IMG/VR virus record: IMGVR_UViG_3300037307_000118
Span: 1-27,899 of that record
From: a virus
Lineage: Duplodnaviria; Caudoviricetes
Direction: 5' to 3' (one strand)
DNA length: 27,899 bases
Positions 1-8,292 of this stretch are shown here, in pieces. How positions within the stretch are numbered: the stretch's first letter is position 1; the number at the start of each line of letters is the position of its first letter. A model generated the notes under the pieces. It was not told the DNA's origin, made no database searches, and saw nothing but the letters and a program-made list of their open reading frames with translations. The translations under genes and the position numbers were made by a program.

Positions 1-426
1 GCCGCGCAGCCGCTGATCGACAGGTACCCCGCTGCTGCGCCGACGCTGCTTGAAATGCTCAAGTGGACCATGACGGGCTTCAAGGGCGCGTCGTCGATCG
101 AGGGCGTGCTGGACAAGGCGATTGCGAACCTGCAGCAGAATCCGCCGCCGCAGCAGCCTGATCCCGCGGCGATGAAGGCGAAGGCCAAGCAGGGCGAGCA
201 GCAGGCGAAGTTGCAGGGCGACATGGCGAAGATCAACGCGCAGACGCAGGCCGACATGGTGCGTACGCGCACTGAGTTGCAGGCCGACCTTGTGCGGCAG
301 AACGCGCAGACGCAGGGCAAGATCAAGGAGCAGGCTGCGCAGCAGTTGTTCGGCACGATGGCTGATCAGCGCGCCGCAGGCGTGCAATCTTCGGAAGTCG
401 TCGGCTTCAGGCGCCCGGTGCAGTGA
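1..426 (+). CDS. portal protein, C-terminal part (5' truncated by window edge)
   Basis: Frame is open from base 1 (AAQPLIDRYPAAAPTLLEMLKW...). A PPPQQPDP linker followed by a Q/A/K-rich helical tail is typical of podovirus portal barrels, and the gene lies upstream of scaffold and capsid. Inferred from composition and synteny. Confidence 0.7.
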   Translation, partial: AAQPLIDRYPAAAPTLLEMLKWTMTGFKGASSIEGVLDKAIANLQQNPPPQQPDPAAMKAKAKQGEQQAKLQGDMAKINAQTQADMVRTRTELQADLVRQNAQTQGKIKEQAAQQLFGTMADQRAAGVQSSEVVGFRRPVQ

Positions 427-521
427 TGCGTCACACGTGGCATTGGAGCCCGGTGCAGTGATGCGTCACACGTGGCATTGGAGCCCGGTGCAGTGATGCG
501 TCACACGTGGCATTGGAGCCC
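413..521 (+). repeat. 35-bp tandem repeat, 3 exact copies plus 4 bp
   Basis: GCCCGGTGCAGTGATGCGTCACACGTGGCATTGGA at 413-447, 448-482 and 483-517, then GCCC. Confidence 0.98.
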
Positions 522-819
522 TGCGCAGGGGAAGCTGGTCGAAGGGCCTTCGCCGCGTCGCACAGATGGCAGTGGCGACGGCTGGAAGTACAGCGATCGG
601 CTCTACAGCGCTGCGCCGTTCAGGGCACATGACGGCACGCTGATTGACTCGAAGCGCAAGCATCGCGAGTACATGCGGCGGCACGGGCTCTCGACGGCAG
701 ACGACTTCAAGGGGACATGGGATCGCGCGGCCAAGCAGCGCGAACAGGCGTATACGGGCAGACATGACCGACGCGCGCGGCTCGAAGCTGTGCGGCGCGC
801 TGTCGCGAGGCGAGGGTAG
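496..819 (+). CDS. small conserved phage protein following portal (107 aa)
   Basis: ATG at 496 overlaps TGA (TGATG). DGTLIDSKRKHREYMRRHG resembles the small basic proteins commonly encoded after podovirus portals. Confidence 0.75.
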   Translation: MRHTWHWSPAQGKLVEGPSPRRTDGSGDGWKYSDRLYSAAPFRAHDGTLIDSKRKHREYMRRHGLSTADDFKGTWDRAAKQREQAYTGRHDRRARLEAVRRAVARRG

Positions 820-823
820 GCGT

Positions 824-3706
824 ATGGCTGATCCACTGGCCCCGAAATCCCTGCAGGCAGAGAATCGCCAGCGGCTGCTGAGCGACATTCTGCGCAATGC
901 TGCGGGGTTGCCCGAGGCAGCGCTCACGCTCGGTACAGGGCTTGTCAATCAGGCAGGCGCGGGGCTTGGCACGCTCGCGGGCATGGCAGGCAGCAGGCTG
1001 CGCGGTGAGCCCGTGGACCTCGACGCGGCCAGCGAGACTGCGCTGCAGCCTGACTTCACGTTCATGCCGCGTTCTACGGGCGGGCAGGAAGTGCTGCGCG
1101 GCATTGGCACGCTCACGGAACCGATCGATGAGGGGATGCAGTACGTCGGGCAGAAGGCCGCTGACGTGACGGGATCGCCGGCTGTGGGCGCGGGCGTTTA
1201 CACGGCCCTGAACGTGCTCGACCCGGAGCTTGCTGCGCCCGCTGTGGCGAAGGTCGCTGCTCTGCGTGGCGCGCAGAACGTGGCACGTTCCGGCGCGTCC
1301 GCGCCCGTGCCGTCGCGCTTCGGCCAGTCGGGCGCGTGGGCGATGAGCGACATTGCCGAAGCACCGGGCAACTTCGCCTTTCGTTCGCCTGCGCTCGATG
1401 CGTTCGATCGGCTCAAGCCGCAGGAGCAGGGGCGCGTCACGGGCAGGCAGCTGGGCAAGGCGCTGATTCGCGAAGGAGCGAAGAAAGAGGAGCTTGAATG
1501 GATGGGGCTCGATCCCATCATCAACAGCGACGATCTTGTCAGCACGGCGGACGTGCGCCGCATTGCGGAGTTCAACAAACCGGGTATCAGTTTCAGGTCG
1601 CTGCGTTCGGCGCAGGAAGAAACAGGTGCCACGGAAGACGACATTCTCGAAAAAGCTCGCAGCCTCGCATGGGAAGATCCTGACCTTCAGTACCCGGTCG
1701 TCATCTATCAGAACAGAGGGCGCAATCGCGAGGTGCTGGAAACTGTTGACGAAGAATATGAAGCGGAGAGATGGATCGACAGGGAAAGGATATCCTTCGT
1801 CGAAAACAACTTTGAAAGTGAAACGGCGCAGTTGCTGGATAACATCGAGGAGTATTTCAGCGAAGAAGAAATCGCGGAAATGTCGGACGCGGAAAAGAAG
1901 CAATGGGCGGAAAAGACTGCGCGCCTCAACCTTGAAAATCTGGCAGCCGAGCTTGACTACACGTTTGAGACTGACTACGGCGCAGACCCCGTTAACCTTG
2001 AAAGTCTGACGGACTACTGGGTAAATCGTGTAACCGATGATCCGGAAGGCTACGGGCTTAGTGTTCAACCGGACGACGCGCCTGCTTACGGAGAGCATAC
2101 GGTCGGCAGACGCGGGTCGGATCCGGAGTCCAACTACACGGTAAGCGCCGGCCGGCTCGTAACAGAAGAACGCTTCGGTCGCGGGAATGCCGATGCGCCG
2201 TCGTTCCTTCGTCCTTACATGGAAGGCGACAAGCGGGGCCCAGATGTTGATTCTCCGCAGCGCGACCTGCTGCTGAATGCGCCGAAGAACGAATCCCGCG
2301 CGTTTCAGATCGAGGCGCTGCGGCGCAAGGCGCGCGATGAAGATCCGGATGTTGAGAAGTACCGTGCGCCTGTAGATGAGACGCACTACGATGATCTGGG
2401 CAGCAACCAGCTGTTCTTCACGCGCGAGACGGATCAGAGCGCGCCGTCATGGGGCTCGGTGCGATCTGGTGTCGGGACTGTGCCGTACAGTAACTTGCGG
2501 CTTGCAAACGGTAAGGCGCTGCCCCGCACTGTGCGCTCCGACATGCCGATGCGGCTCGTGGAAGAAGCTCAGAGCGACTGGCTGCAGCTTGGGCGCAAAA
2601 CGGGGTGGGCTGATCCGAAGGGTCTGGAAAAGCTCAGGAAGGAAGACGCTGCGACTGCTGATTTATTCAGTGCAGAGAATGCTCGTCGGGAGAGTATGCA
2701 GCGGCAGGCCATCAGTGAACTGCCGCTCGCGCTCGAAGATGAGCGGCTTAGTGGCTTCATAGAACGGGCCAAGGCCGAAGTTGCTCAACACGGGCAGGAT
2801 GCGAGACCTGAGTTGTTTCAGCTTACGCAAATATTGCGCGAGTTTCAGGACGCCGTTGTCGAGAATCCCCGTGACTACACGCTTGATTGGCAGAGGAACG
2901 TGTCGCGCAGGCTTTTTCTGAAGATCTACAACGCAAGCCCTGCGGGAAGTCCCGCAGAGGATTTTTCGAATCAGATCTTGACTGGTCTTCAACAGCTGCC
3001 GGAACTTGTTTTAACCTCGCGCCGGAAAAAGCCGCTGCCGAGCGCACCGATGCGCGAAACGCGGCAGTACACGCAGCTTGCGCTGGCGGATGCCTTGCGC
3101 CGTGCTGTGCAGGAAGGGCAGCAGTACATCGCGTGGACACCGGGTGACGTGCACACGAAGCGCTGGGGCACGGATACGTTTCAGTACGCAGTAGACCCGA
3201 GTAACCCGCGCCTTGTTCGTTGGAGTACAACCGACGTTTCGCGGCAGAGAAGAGGCTCTGGGATGGAGAACCTGCAGGCGGCTGCGGAGGCGCTGTTTGA
3301 CAACCATTCTTCTAACACGCTGGATCTTGATGATCCTGAGCTTGACAAGAGGCTTACGGGGATTGTCGAGCAGTCGCTCAACTACGGTATGCACAGCTAT
3401 TCGCGCCCCGATGTAGCGCGCAGGAAGCGCGTAGAACTGATCCGTAAAGAGCTTGAGGCTGCTTCCAAGGCAGCGCAGGCAGGCGAGCGCAAGGCGGGGC
3501 ACTACTCGCCGCGCGCGATGGGCTACGAGCTTGCCTACGAGCCGATGGCGCAGGACATGGTGAACATCCTGCGCCGCGCGGGTGTAAAGGACCTGCCTGA
3601 AATCAGGGACATTGAAAATCCGTACTCGAAAGTCCCGCTTCGCGGTTTCGAAATCAGCCCCGAGGTTGCACGTGCCGCGAAGCGCGGGCTGGTATTGCCT
3701 TACTGA
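824..3706 (+). CDS. large (~960 aa) protein, putative virion-packaged/ejected polyvalent-type effector
   Basis: Likely start ATG 824 after GAGGG. G/A-rich N-terminus like ejection proteins, then motifs GAKKEELEWMGL, LVEEAQSDWLQLGRKTG and LALADALRRAVQEGQQYIAWTPG, of a type I recognise from large phage virion proteins. Confidence 0.8.
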   Translation: MADPLAPKSLQAENRQRLLSDILRNAAGLPEAALTLGTGLVNQAGAGLGTLAGMAGSRLRGEPVDLDAASETALQPDFTFMPRSTGGQEVLRGIGTLTEPIDEGMQYVGQKAADVTGSPAVGAGVYTALNVLDPELAAPAVAKVAALRGAQNVARSGASAPVPSRFGQSGAWAMSDIAEAPGNFAFRSPALDAFDRLKPQEQGRVTGRQLGKALIREGAKKEELEWMGLDPIINSDDLVSTADVRRIAEFNKPGISFRSLRSAQEETGATEDDILEKARSLAWEDPDLQYPVVIYQNRGRNREVLETVDEEYEAERWIDRERISFVENNFESETAQLLDNIEEYFSEEEIAEMSDAEKKQWAEKTARLNLENLAAELDYTFETDYGADPVNLESLTDYWVNRVTDDPEGYGLSVQPDDAPAYGEHTVGRRGSDPESNYTVSAGRLVTEERFGRGNADAPSFLRPYMEGDKRGPDVDSPQRDLLLNAPKNESRAFQIEALRRKARDEDPDVEKYRAPVDETHYDDLGSNQLFFTRETDQSAPSWGSVRSGVGTVPYSNLRLANGKALPRTVRSDMPMRLVEEAQSDWLQLGRKTGWADPKGLEKLRKEDAATADLFSAENARRESMQRQAISELPLALEDERLSGFIERAKAEVAQHGQDARPELFQLTQILREFQDAVVENPRDYTLDWQRNVSRRLFLKIYNASPAGSPAEDFSNQILTGLQQLPELVLTSRRKKPLPSAPMRETRQYTQLALADALRRAVQEGQQYIAWTPGDVHTKRWGTDTFQYAVDPSNPRLVRWSTTDVSRQRRGSGMENLQAAAEALFDNHSSNTLDLDDPELDKRLTGIVEQSLNYGMHSYSRPDVARRKRVELIRKELEAASKAAQAGERKAGHYSPRAMGYELAYEPMAQDMVNILRRAGVKDLPEIRDIENPYSKVPLRGFEISPEVARAAKRGLVLPY

Positions 3707-3724
3707 CAAACATCAGGACAACGA

Positions 3725-4819
3725 ATGAACGCCGAAGTCAATGACCTGCGCTCAGCGCTGGAAAGTGCCTATGACAACGCAGAAGCAGGGAGATCGACCG
3801 AGAACACCGCGCAGCCCGTTCGGGCTGAAGCAGCGCCGACCGAGACCCCCGCAGCCCCCGCAGCCCCCGTCGAAGATCGTGGCGACGGTCGCCGCGTTGA
3901 TGGCAGGTTTGCGCCGCGTGCGAAGCCCGTCGAGGCAGCCAAGCCCGACGTAGCGAAGCCTGTCGAGGCAGCGAAGCCCGAGGCAGCGAAGCCCGACGAG
4001 GCAACCAAGCCCGACGTGTCTGACAGGGCTCCGCAGTCGTGGAAGCCGGGTGCGCGGGAAGTCTGGTCGCAGTTGCCCGCTGAGGTGCGCGCGGAAGTGC
4101 ATCGGCGCGAGCGTGAGACGGCGCGCGTCATGCAGGAGACGGCGCAGGCGCGGCAGGTCACGGACTTCGTGTCGAAGCTGCAGCAGAAGTTCGCGCCTGC
4201 GCTGCAGGCTGAGGGCGTAGACGCGCTCACGGCAGCCGCGAACCTGATGAGCCTGTCTTCCCGGTTGCGCTTTGGCACGCCGATCGAGAAGGCGCAGCTG
4301 GCGGCGACGATCGTTCGTACCTACGGCGTCGATGTAGGCGCGCTGGCCGAAGCGCTCGATGGTGCGCCGCAGGGCAGCGCGCCTGCACAGCAACAGGCCC
4401 CGGTGTCTGATCCGCGAGTCGATCAGCTGTTCCAGCAGCTTGAGGCGGTCAAGCAGCAGCGGCAGGAGCAGGTGATCCGCAGGGCGACCGAGGAAGTCGA
4501 GGCGTTCGGGGCGGACAAGGAGTTCTTCTCCGACGTGCGCGACGAAATGGCCGACCTGCTCGAAGTCGCCGCCCGCCGGGGTGTTGACCTTTCGCTGGAT
4601 CAGGCGTATGAACGGGCCTGCAGGATGCAGCCCGAGATTTCGAAGGTCTTGGACGCACGGGAAGCTGCCAAGCGCGCTGAGAACACCAACCAGTTCACTC
4701 AGCGCGCCAGAGTCGCGGCTTCCAGTGTGCGGGGAACGCCGGCAACGGCGTCCACCCCATCGCCGGCGGACCTTCGTGCTTCGATCGAGGCGGCATTCGA
4801 ACAGGTCGGCGGAAGGTAA
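3725..4819 (+). CDS. capsid scaffolding protein
   Basis: Directly upstream of the capsid gene. Has an N-terminal DLRSALESAY helix, a disordered region with GRFA, APQSWK...WSQLP, coiled coils, and a C-terminal DLRASIEAAF helix. Confidence 0.85.
   Translation: MNAEVNDLRSALESAYDNAEAGRSTENTAQPVRAEAAPTETPAAPAAPVEDRGDGRRVDGRFAPRAKPVEAAKPDVAKPVEAAKPEAAKPDEATKPDVSDRAPQSWKPGAREVWSQLPAEVRAEVHRRERETARVMQETAQARQVTDFVSKLQQKFAPALQAEGVDALTAAANLMSLSSRLRFGTPIEKAQLAATIVRTYGVDVGALAEALDGAPQGSAPAQQQAPVSDPRVDQLFQQLEAVKQQRQEQVIRRATEEVEAFGADKEFFSDVRDEMADLLEVAARRGVDLSLDQAYERACRMQPEISKVLDAREAAKRAENTNQFTQRARVAASSVRGTPATASTPSPADLRASIEAAFEQVGGR
3920..4015 (+). repeat. degenerate in-frame AKP(D/E/V) peptide repeats in scaffold
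   Basis: AKPVEAAKPDVAKPVEAAKPEAAKPDEATKPD. Confidence 0.85.
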
Positions 4820-4941
4820 GAACTTCTTCGAAGTTCACTCTTTCGATGACAGCCCCGGACCGGGCGACGGGCCGAAGCGTGTAAACGCTCCACGGGAAAC
4901 GGTCAGGATTCAGGCTTAACCATCGGCAGAGGATTACTTCA

Positions 4942-5913
4942 ATGGCATTCGCCAATGTTTCCGACATCGTGGCAACCACGATCGAATCGCGTTCCAAGTC
5001 CATCGCGGACAACGTGACGAAGAACAACGCGCTGCTGTCCCGGCTTGAGCAGCGAGGCAGGATCAAGACCGTCTCCGGCGGCTCGAAGATCTTTCAGGAA
5101 ATCAGCTTCGCGGAGAACGGCAACGCGGGCTGGTACAGCGGCTATGACCTGCTGCCCGTTGCGGCGCAGGACGTGATTTCCGCTGCGGAGTACGAGTTCA
5201 AGCAGGCGGCGTGCCCCGTCGTCATCAGCGGCCTCGACATGCTGAAGAACAGCGCCAAAGAGCAGATGATCGATCTGCTTGAGGGCCGCATCGGCGTGGC
5301 TGAGGGCACGATGGCGAACCTGATCTCGGGCGGCCTGTACTCGGATGGCACGGGCGCGGGCGGCAAGCAGCTGGAAGGTCTGAACAAGGCTGTCCCGGTC
5401 TCCCCTGCGACGGGCGTCTACGGCGGCATCGACCCGGCGACGTGGACTTTCTGGCGGAACTATTCGCTGGATACCACGGCGGCCAACCTGACGGTTGACA
5501 AGATTCAGGGCTACTTCAACACGGCGTGGGCGGGGTTGGTGCGCGGCATGGATCGGCCGGACCTCGTCATGGTCGATTCAACCGTCTGGTCTACGTACAT
5601 GGCCTCCCTGCAGGCGCAGCAGCGCTTTACCGACGCGTCCAGCGCAGCGCTCGGCTTCCCGTCCATCAAGTTCATGGACGCCGACGTTGTTCTGGACGGC
5701 GGCATCGGGGGCTTCTGTCCTGCGGGTACCGCGTTCTTCCTGAACACGAAGTACCTGCACTACCGGCCGCACTCTCAGCGGAACATGGTCTCGCTCGCGC
5801 CGAACAAGCGCTACGCGATCAATCAGGACGCGGAAGTGCAGATCCTCGGCTGGGCAGGCAACCTGACGTGCTCGGGAAGGCAGTTCCAAGGGAGACTCGA
5901 CTTCAACGGCTGA
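4942..5913 (+). CDS. major capsid protein
   Basis: 323 aa; SDIVATTIESRSKSIADNVTKNNALL...WYSGYD...LYSDGT...YGGID...FLNTKYL is a recognisable phage capsid family pattern. RBS GAGGA, strongly biased codons. Confidence 0.95.
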   Translation: MAFANVSDIVATTIESRSKSIADNVTKNNALLSRLEQRGRIKTVSGGSKIFQEISFAENGNAGWYSGYDLLPVAAQDVISAAEYEFKQAACPVVISGLDMLKNSAKEQMIDLLEGRIGVAEGTMANLISGGLYSDGTGAGGKQLEGLNKAVPVSPATGVYGGIDPATWTFWRNYSLDTTAANLTVDKIQGYFNTAWAGLVRGMDRPDLVMVDSTVWSTYMASLQAQQRFTDASSAALGFPSIKFMDADVVLDGGIGGFCPAGTAFFLNTKYLHYRPHSQRNMVSLAPNKRYAINQDAEVQILGWAGNLTCSGRQFQGRLDFNG

Positions 5914-5940
5914 GATTTCAGCAGCTGATGATCGGACACT

Positions 5941-5969
5941 GGGCGCGGTTGTGAGCCGCGCCCCCTTTT
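5941..5969 (+). terminator. probable leaky rho-independent terminator after capsid gene
   Basis: Stem-loop GGGCGCGGT-TGTGA-GCCGCGCCC followed by CCTTTT. Confidence 0.7.
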
Positions 5970-5986
5970 CCAAGGAGCTAACGACC

Positions 5987-6595
5987 ATGCCAGCAGGACT
6001 TCCCGGCGCGACTCTCGCGCAGAATCAGGGCAACCCGTCGCAGGGGGCTGCCATCATTTTCGATCCGCTCAGCGGTCCGAAGGCGTCGCCGTTCGATGCG
6101 CGGAAGATCACGGGCTGGTCGGCAGGAACGCCGACCTATGCCAACGATCCGGACAACGTGTCAACGGGCGCGCTCGCAACGGGCATCGGCTTCGGCGACA
6201 GCGACCTTTTCGGCGCGAACCTGCCCGCAGTGAACGGCATCTTCCCGCCGGGCAACTTCACCGACGACTACGTTCCGGGGCAGGACCTGCCTTCGGGATC
6301 AGCGGCCGCGAATGCGTCGATCATGTACATCGGCGGTGGACGCAGTCTTGCTTCGGGCGTCGCAAACCCCTACGCGCTGGCGTCGGTGGGCATCTGCGGC
6401 GCAGGCAATGGCGGATCGCGCGATGGCGGCACGACGCCGTTCACGGGCTTCTCGCTCAAGACGGTCACTGCGTCGGGTACCGTGGCCAACGGTTCCGCAG
6501 TTGAGACGGGCTTCGTCAACCGCACGGGAGTTTCACTTGCGGCGGGACAGTCCGTGTTCGGATCTGCCACGGCTGCGCTCACCGACGTTTCGTAA
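5987..6595 (+). CDS. Gly-rich virion structural protein (possible capsid decoration)
   Basis: AAGGAG RBS then ATG 5987; 202 aa, G/A/S/T-rich, immediately after the capsid gene. Function inferred from position only. Confidence 0.7.
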   Translation: MPAGLPGATLAQNQGNPSQGAAIIFDPLSGPKASPFDARKITGWSAGTPTYANDPDNVSTGALATGIGFGDSDLFGANLPAVNGIFPPGNFTDDYVPGQDLPSGSAAANASIMYIGGGRSLASGVANPYALASVGICGAGNGGSRDGGTTPFTGFSLKTVTASGTVANGSAVETGFVNRTGVSLAAGQSVFGSATAALTDVS

Positions 6596-6601
6596 GCTGC
6601 C

Positions 6602-6916
6602 ATGTCGGCTCTGCACGGGCTGGCGGAGAACGGGGCCATTCCTGTAGGGGGTGGCCCCGTTACTGCTTGGCGCAACGGGCTGCCATTCAATGCGCTGGGC
6701 GAGCTTGTTGTTACGACCAACATCCCTACGCACTGGTCGAATGGTGTCGGCTTTCAGGGCAGCGCTGTGAGTGCACTTACCGGTGGCTTGCCTGTCAGCT
6801 GGTCCTGCGGGCTGCCATTCAACGCGGACGGCAAGCTGTGCATTGACCAGCTTGGCCCCGATCACTGGTCCAGCGGTACGCCGTTCAACACGGTCGGACA
6901 AGTGACGACTGATTAG
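6602..6916 (+). CDS. small repeat-containing structural protein
   Basis: 104 aa with four W-x-x-G-x-x-F units (WRNGLPF, WSNGVGF, WSCGLPF, WSSGTPF). Confidence 0.7.
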   Translation: MSALHGLAENGAIPVGGGPVTAWRNGLPFNALGELVVTTNIPTHWSNGVGFQGSAVSALTGGLPVSWSCGLPFNADGKLCIDQLGPDHWSSGTPFNTVGQVTTD

Positions 6917-6939
6917 CTCATCACAACAGGAAAACGAAC

Positions 6940-7536
6940 ATGCGGGAAGTGACCATCGAGGAGCAGGCGAGCAACGTCGATAACATGACGTTTGGTGACG
7001 ACCGTCTCGGCGTCGTGTTCTACACGCGCGTTGTCGAGGATGCGGAGCGTACGCAGGCAGAGGGCCGCAGGTGTTTCCGGGAGCGCGAGTACATCAAGAT
7101 CATGGTGCCCGGCGATCGGTACAACACGATCGACAGGCCCGTGCAGACGACGGGAACGATTCCCACGGATGACCGTCTGCGCTTCGCGAAGCAGTACGAG
7201 CGGTTCAAGCAGCAGAAGCAGCAGACTGCGCACGAGGGCACGCCGTTGTCGCTGTGGCCCGCGATTCCGGGGCCGCTCGCCGAGGAGCTTCGGTTCCTGA
7301 ACATCTTCTCGGTCGAGCAGCTGGCGGGGCTTGCGGATACCTACGTCTCGAAGCTTCCGATGGGTCAGTCGTGGAAGCAGAGGGCGCAGGAATTCCTCGC
7401 CGCGTTGAAGGATCAGGAGGCGATCAACAAGCTCAATGCGCAACTGACTGAGCGCGACACGCGCATTGATGCGCTTGAGAAGGCTATCGCCGATCAGGCT
7501 GAGCAGATCAGGAAGCTTCTGAGCAAAAAGGGCTGA
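6940..7536 (+). CDS. conserved phage protein with HhH-like segment and C-terminal coiled coil
   Basis: RBS AGGAAA; GTPLSLWP...EELRFLNIFSVEQLAGL; precedes the adaptor gene. Confidence 0.75.
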   Translation: MREVTIEEQASNVDNMTFGDDRLGVVFYTRVVEDAERTQAEGRRCFREREYIKIMVPGDRYNTIDRPVQTTGTIPTDDRLRFAKQYERFKQQKQQTAHEGTPLSLWPAIPGPLAEELRFLNIFSVEQLAGLADTYVSKLPMGQSWKQRAQEFLAALKDQEAINKLNAQLTERDTRIDALEKAIADQAEQIRKLLSKKG

Positions 7537-7539
7537 CGC

Positions 7540-8292
7540 ATGTCCCGGTTTCAGTCGGCAGGGGACCTGATTAACCGCGTTGCAGTCAGCGTTGGATTGC
7601 AGCGTACGGCGGACCCCTTTGCGTCGTCTGATCCTGCGTACGTGCAGCTTTGCACTCTGGCAACGGAGTGCGGCGACGATCTGGTTCAGGAGAACGACTG
7701 GCAGCAGCTGCAGCGCACTGAGTCGTTCGTGACGATGGTGGGCGATACGGGACTGTATCCCCTGCCAGACGATTTCAGCTACATGATCGAGCAGACGGGC
7801 TGGCAACAGGGTGCGCCGGGCGCGGCGTATCCCCTGCTGGGGCCTGCCTCGGCGCAATGGTGGAGCTACCTCGAAGCGTCGCAGCTGTACACGGTGACGA
7901 TCTACGCGTGGTTCCGCATCGCTGAAGGACTGCTGCAGCTGTGGCCGCAGCCGCCTGCGCCGGACATTCCGATCGCTTACAAGTACATCTCGCGGAACTG
8001 GGTGCTCGATGGAACCAGTTCGCCGACTGCGCCCGTTTACAAGAACAGCCTGCAGACTTCGAGCGATACGCCGCTGTTCGAGCCGATCCTGTTCCTGAAG
8101 AAGCTCAAGCTGGCCTTCCTGCAGGCGAAGGGCTTTGACACGGCGAAAGCCGAGGATGAGTACCGCGCCGCGCTCGACTCGTGGACGGGCAAGGACGTCA
8201 GCGCGCCCATCCTGAGTCTGACGAGCAGGCAGCATGGCTCGCGCTTCCTCGATTCGTACGTGAACGTCCCGGAAACGGGCTATGGTTCCTGA
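7540..8292 (+). CDS. head-tail adaptor (tail tubular protein A-like)
   Basis: 250 aa; ENDWQQL, YPLPDDF, LQLWPQP, YKYISRNWV; located directly before the nozzle gene. Confidence 0.8.
   Translation: MSRFQSAGDLINRVAVSVGLQRTADPFASSDPAYVQLCTLATECGDDLVQENDWQQLQRTESFVTMVGDTGLYPLPDDFSYMIEQTGWQQGAPGAAYPLLGPASAQWWSYLEASQLYTVTIYAWFRIAEGLLQLWPQPPAPDIPIAYKYISRNWVLDGTSSPTAPVYKNSLQTSSDTPLFEPILFLKKLKLAFLQAKGFDTAKAEDEYRAALDSWTGKDVSAPILSLTSRQHGSRFLDSYVNVPETGYGS

Noticed and set aside
413-521. Possible CRISPR mini-array (35-bp repeats, with a Cas4-like nuclease in the window)
   Set aside because: The repeats are directly adjacent with no spacers. The nuclease is a typical stand-alone phage replication exonuclease and no other cas genes are present.
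644-823. Upstream extension of the large ORF to 1020 aa
   Set aside because: It overlaps the 496-819 gene. ATG 824 has an RBS-like GAGGG and follows that gene's stop.
5925-5970. CTGATGA after the capsid stop, suggesting a hammerhead ribozyme
   Set aside because: No downstream GAAA core or stem II/III arrangement; the nearby hairpin is better explained as a terminator.
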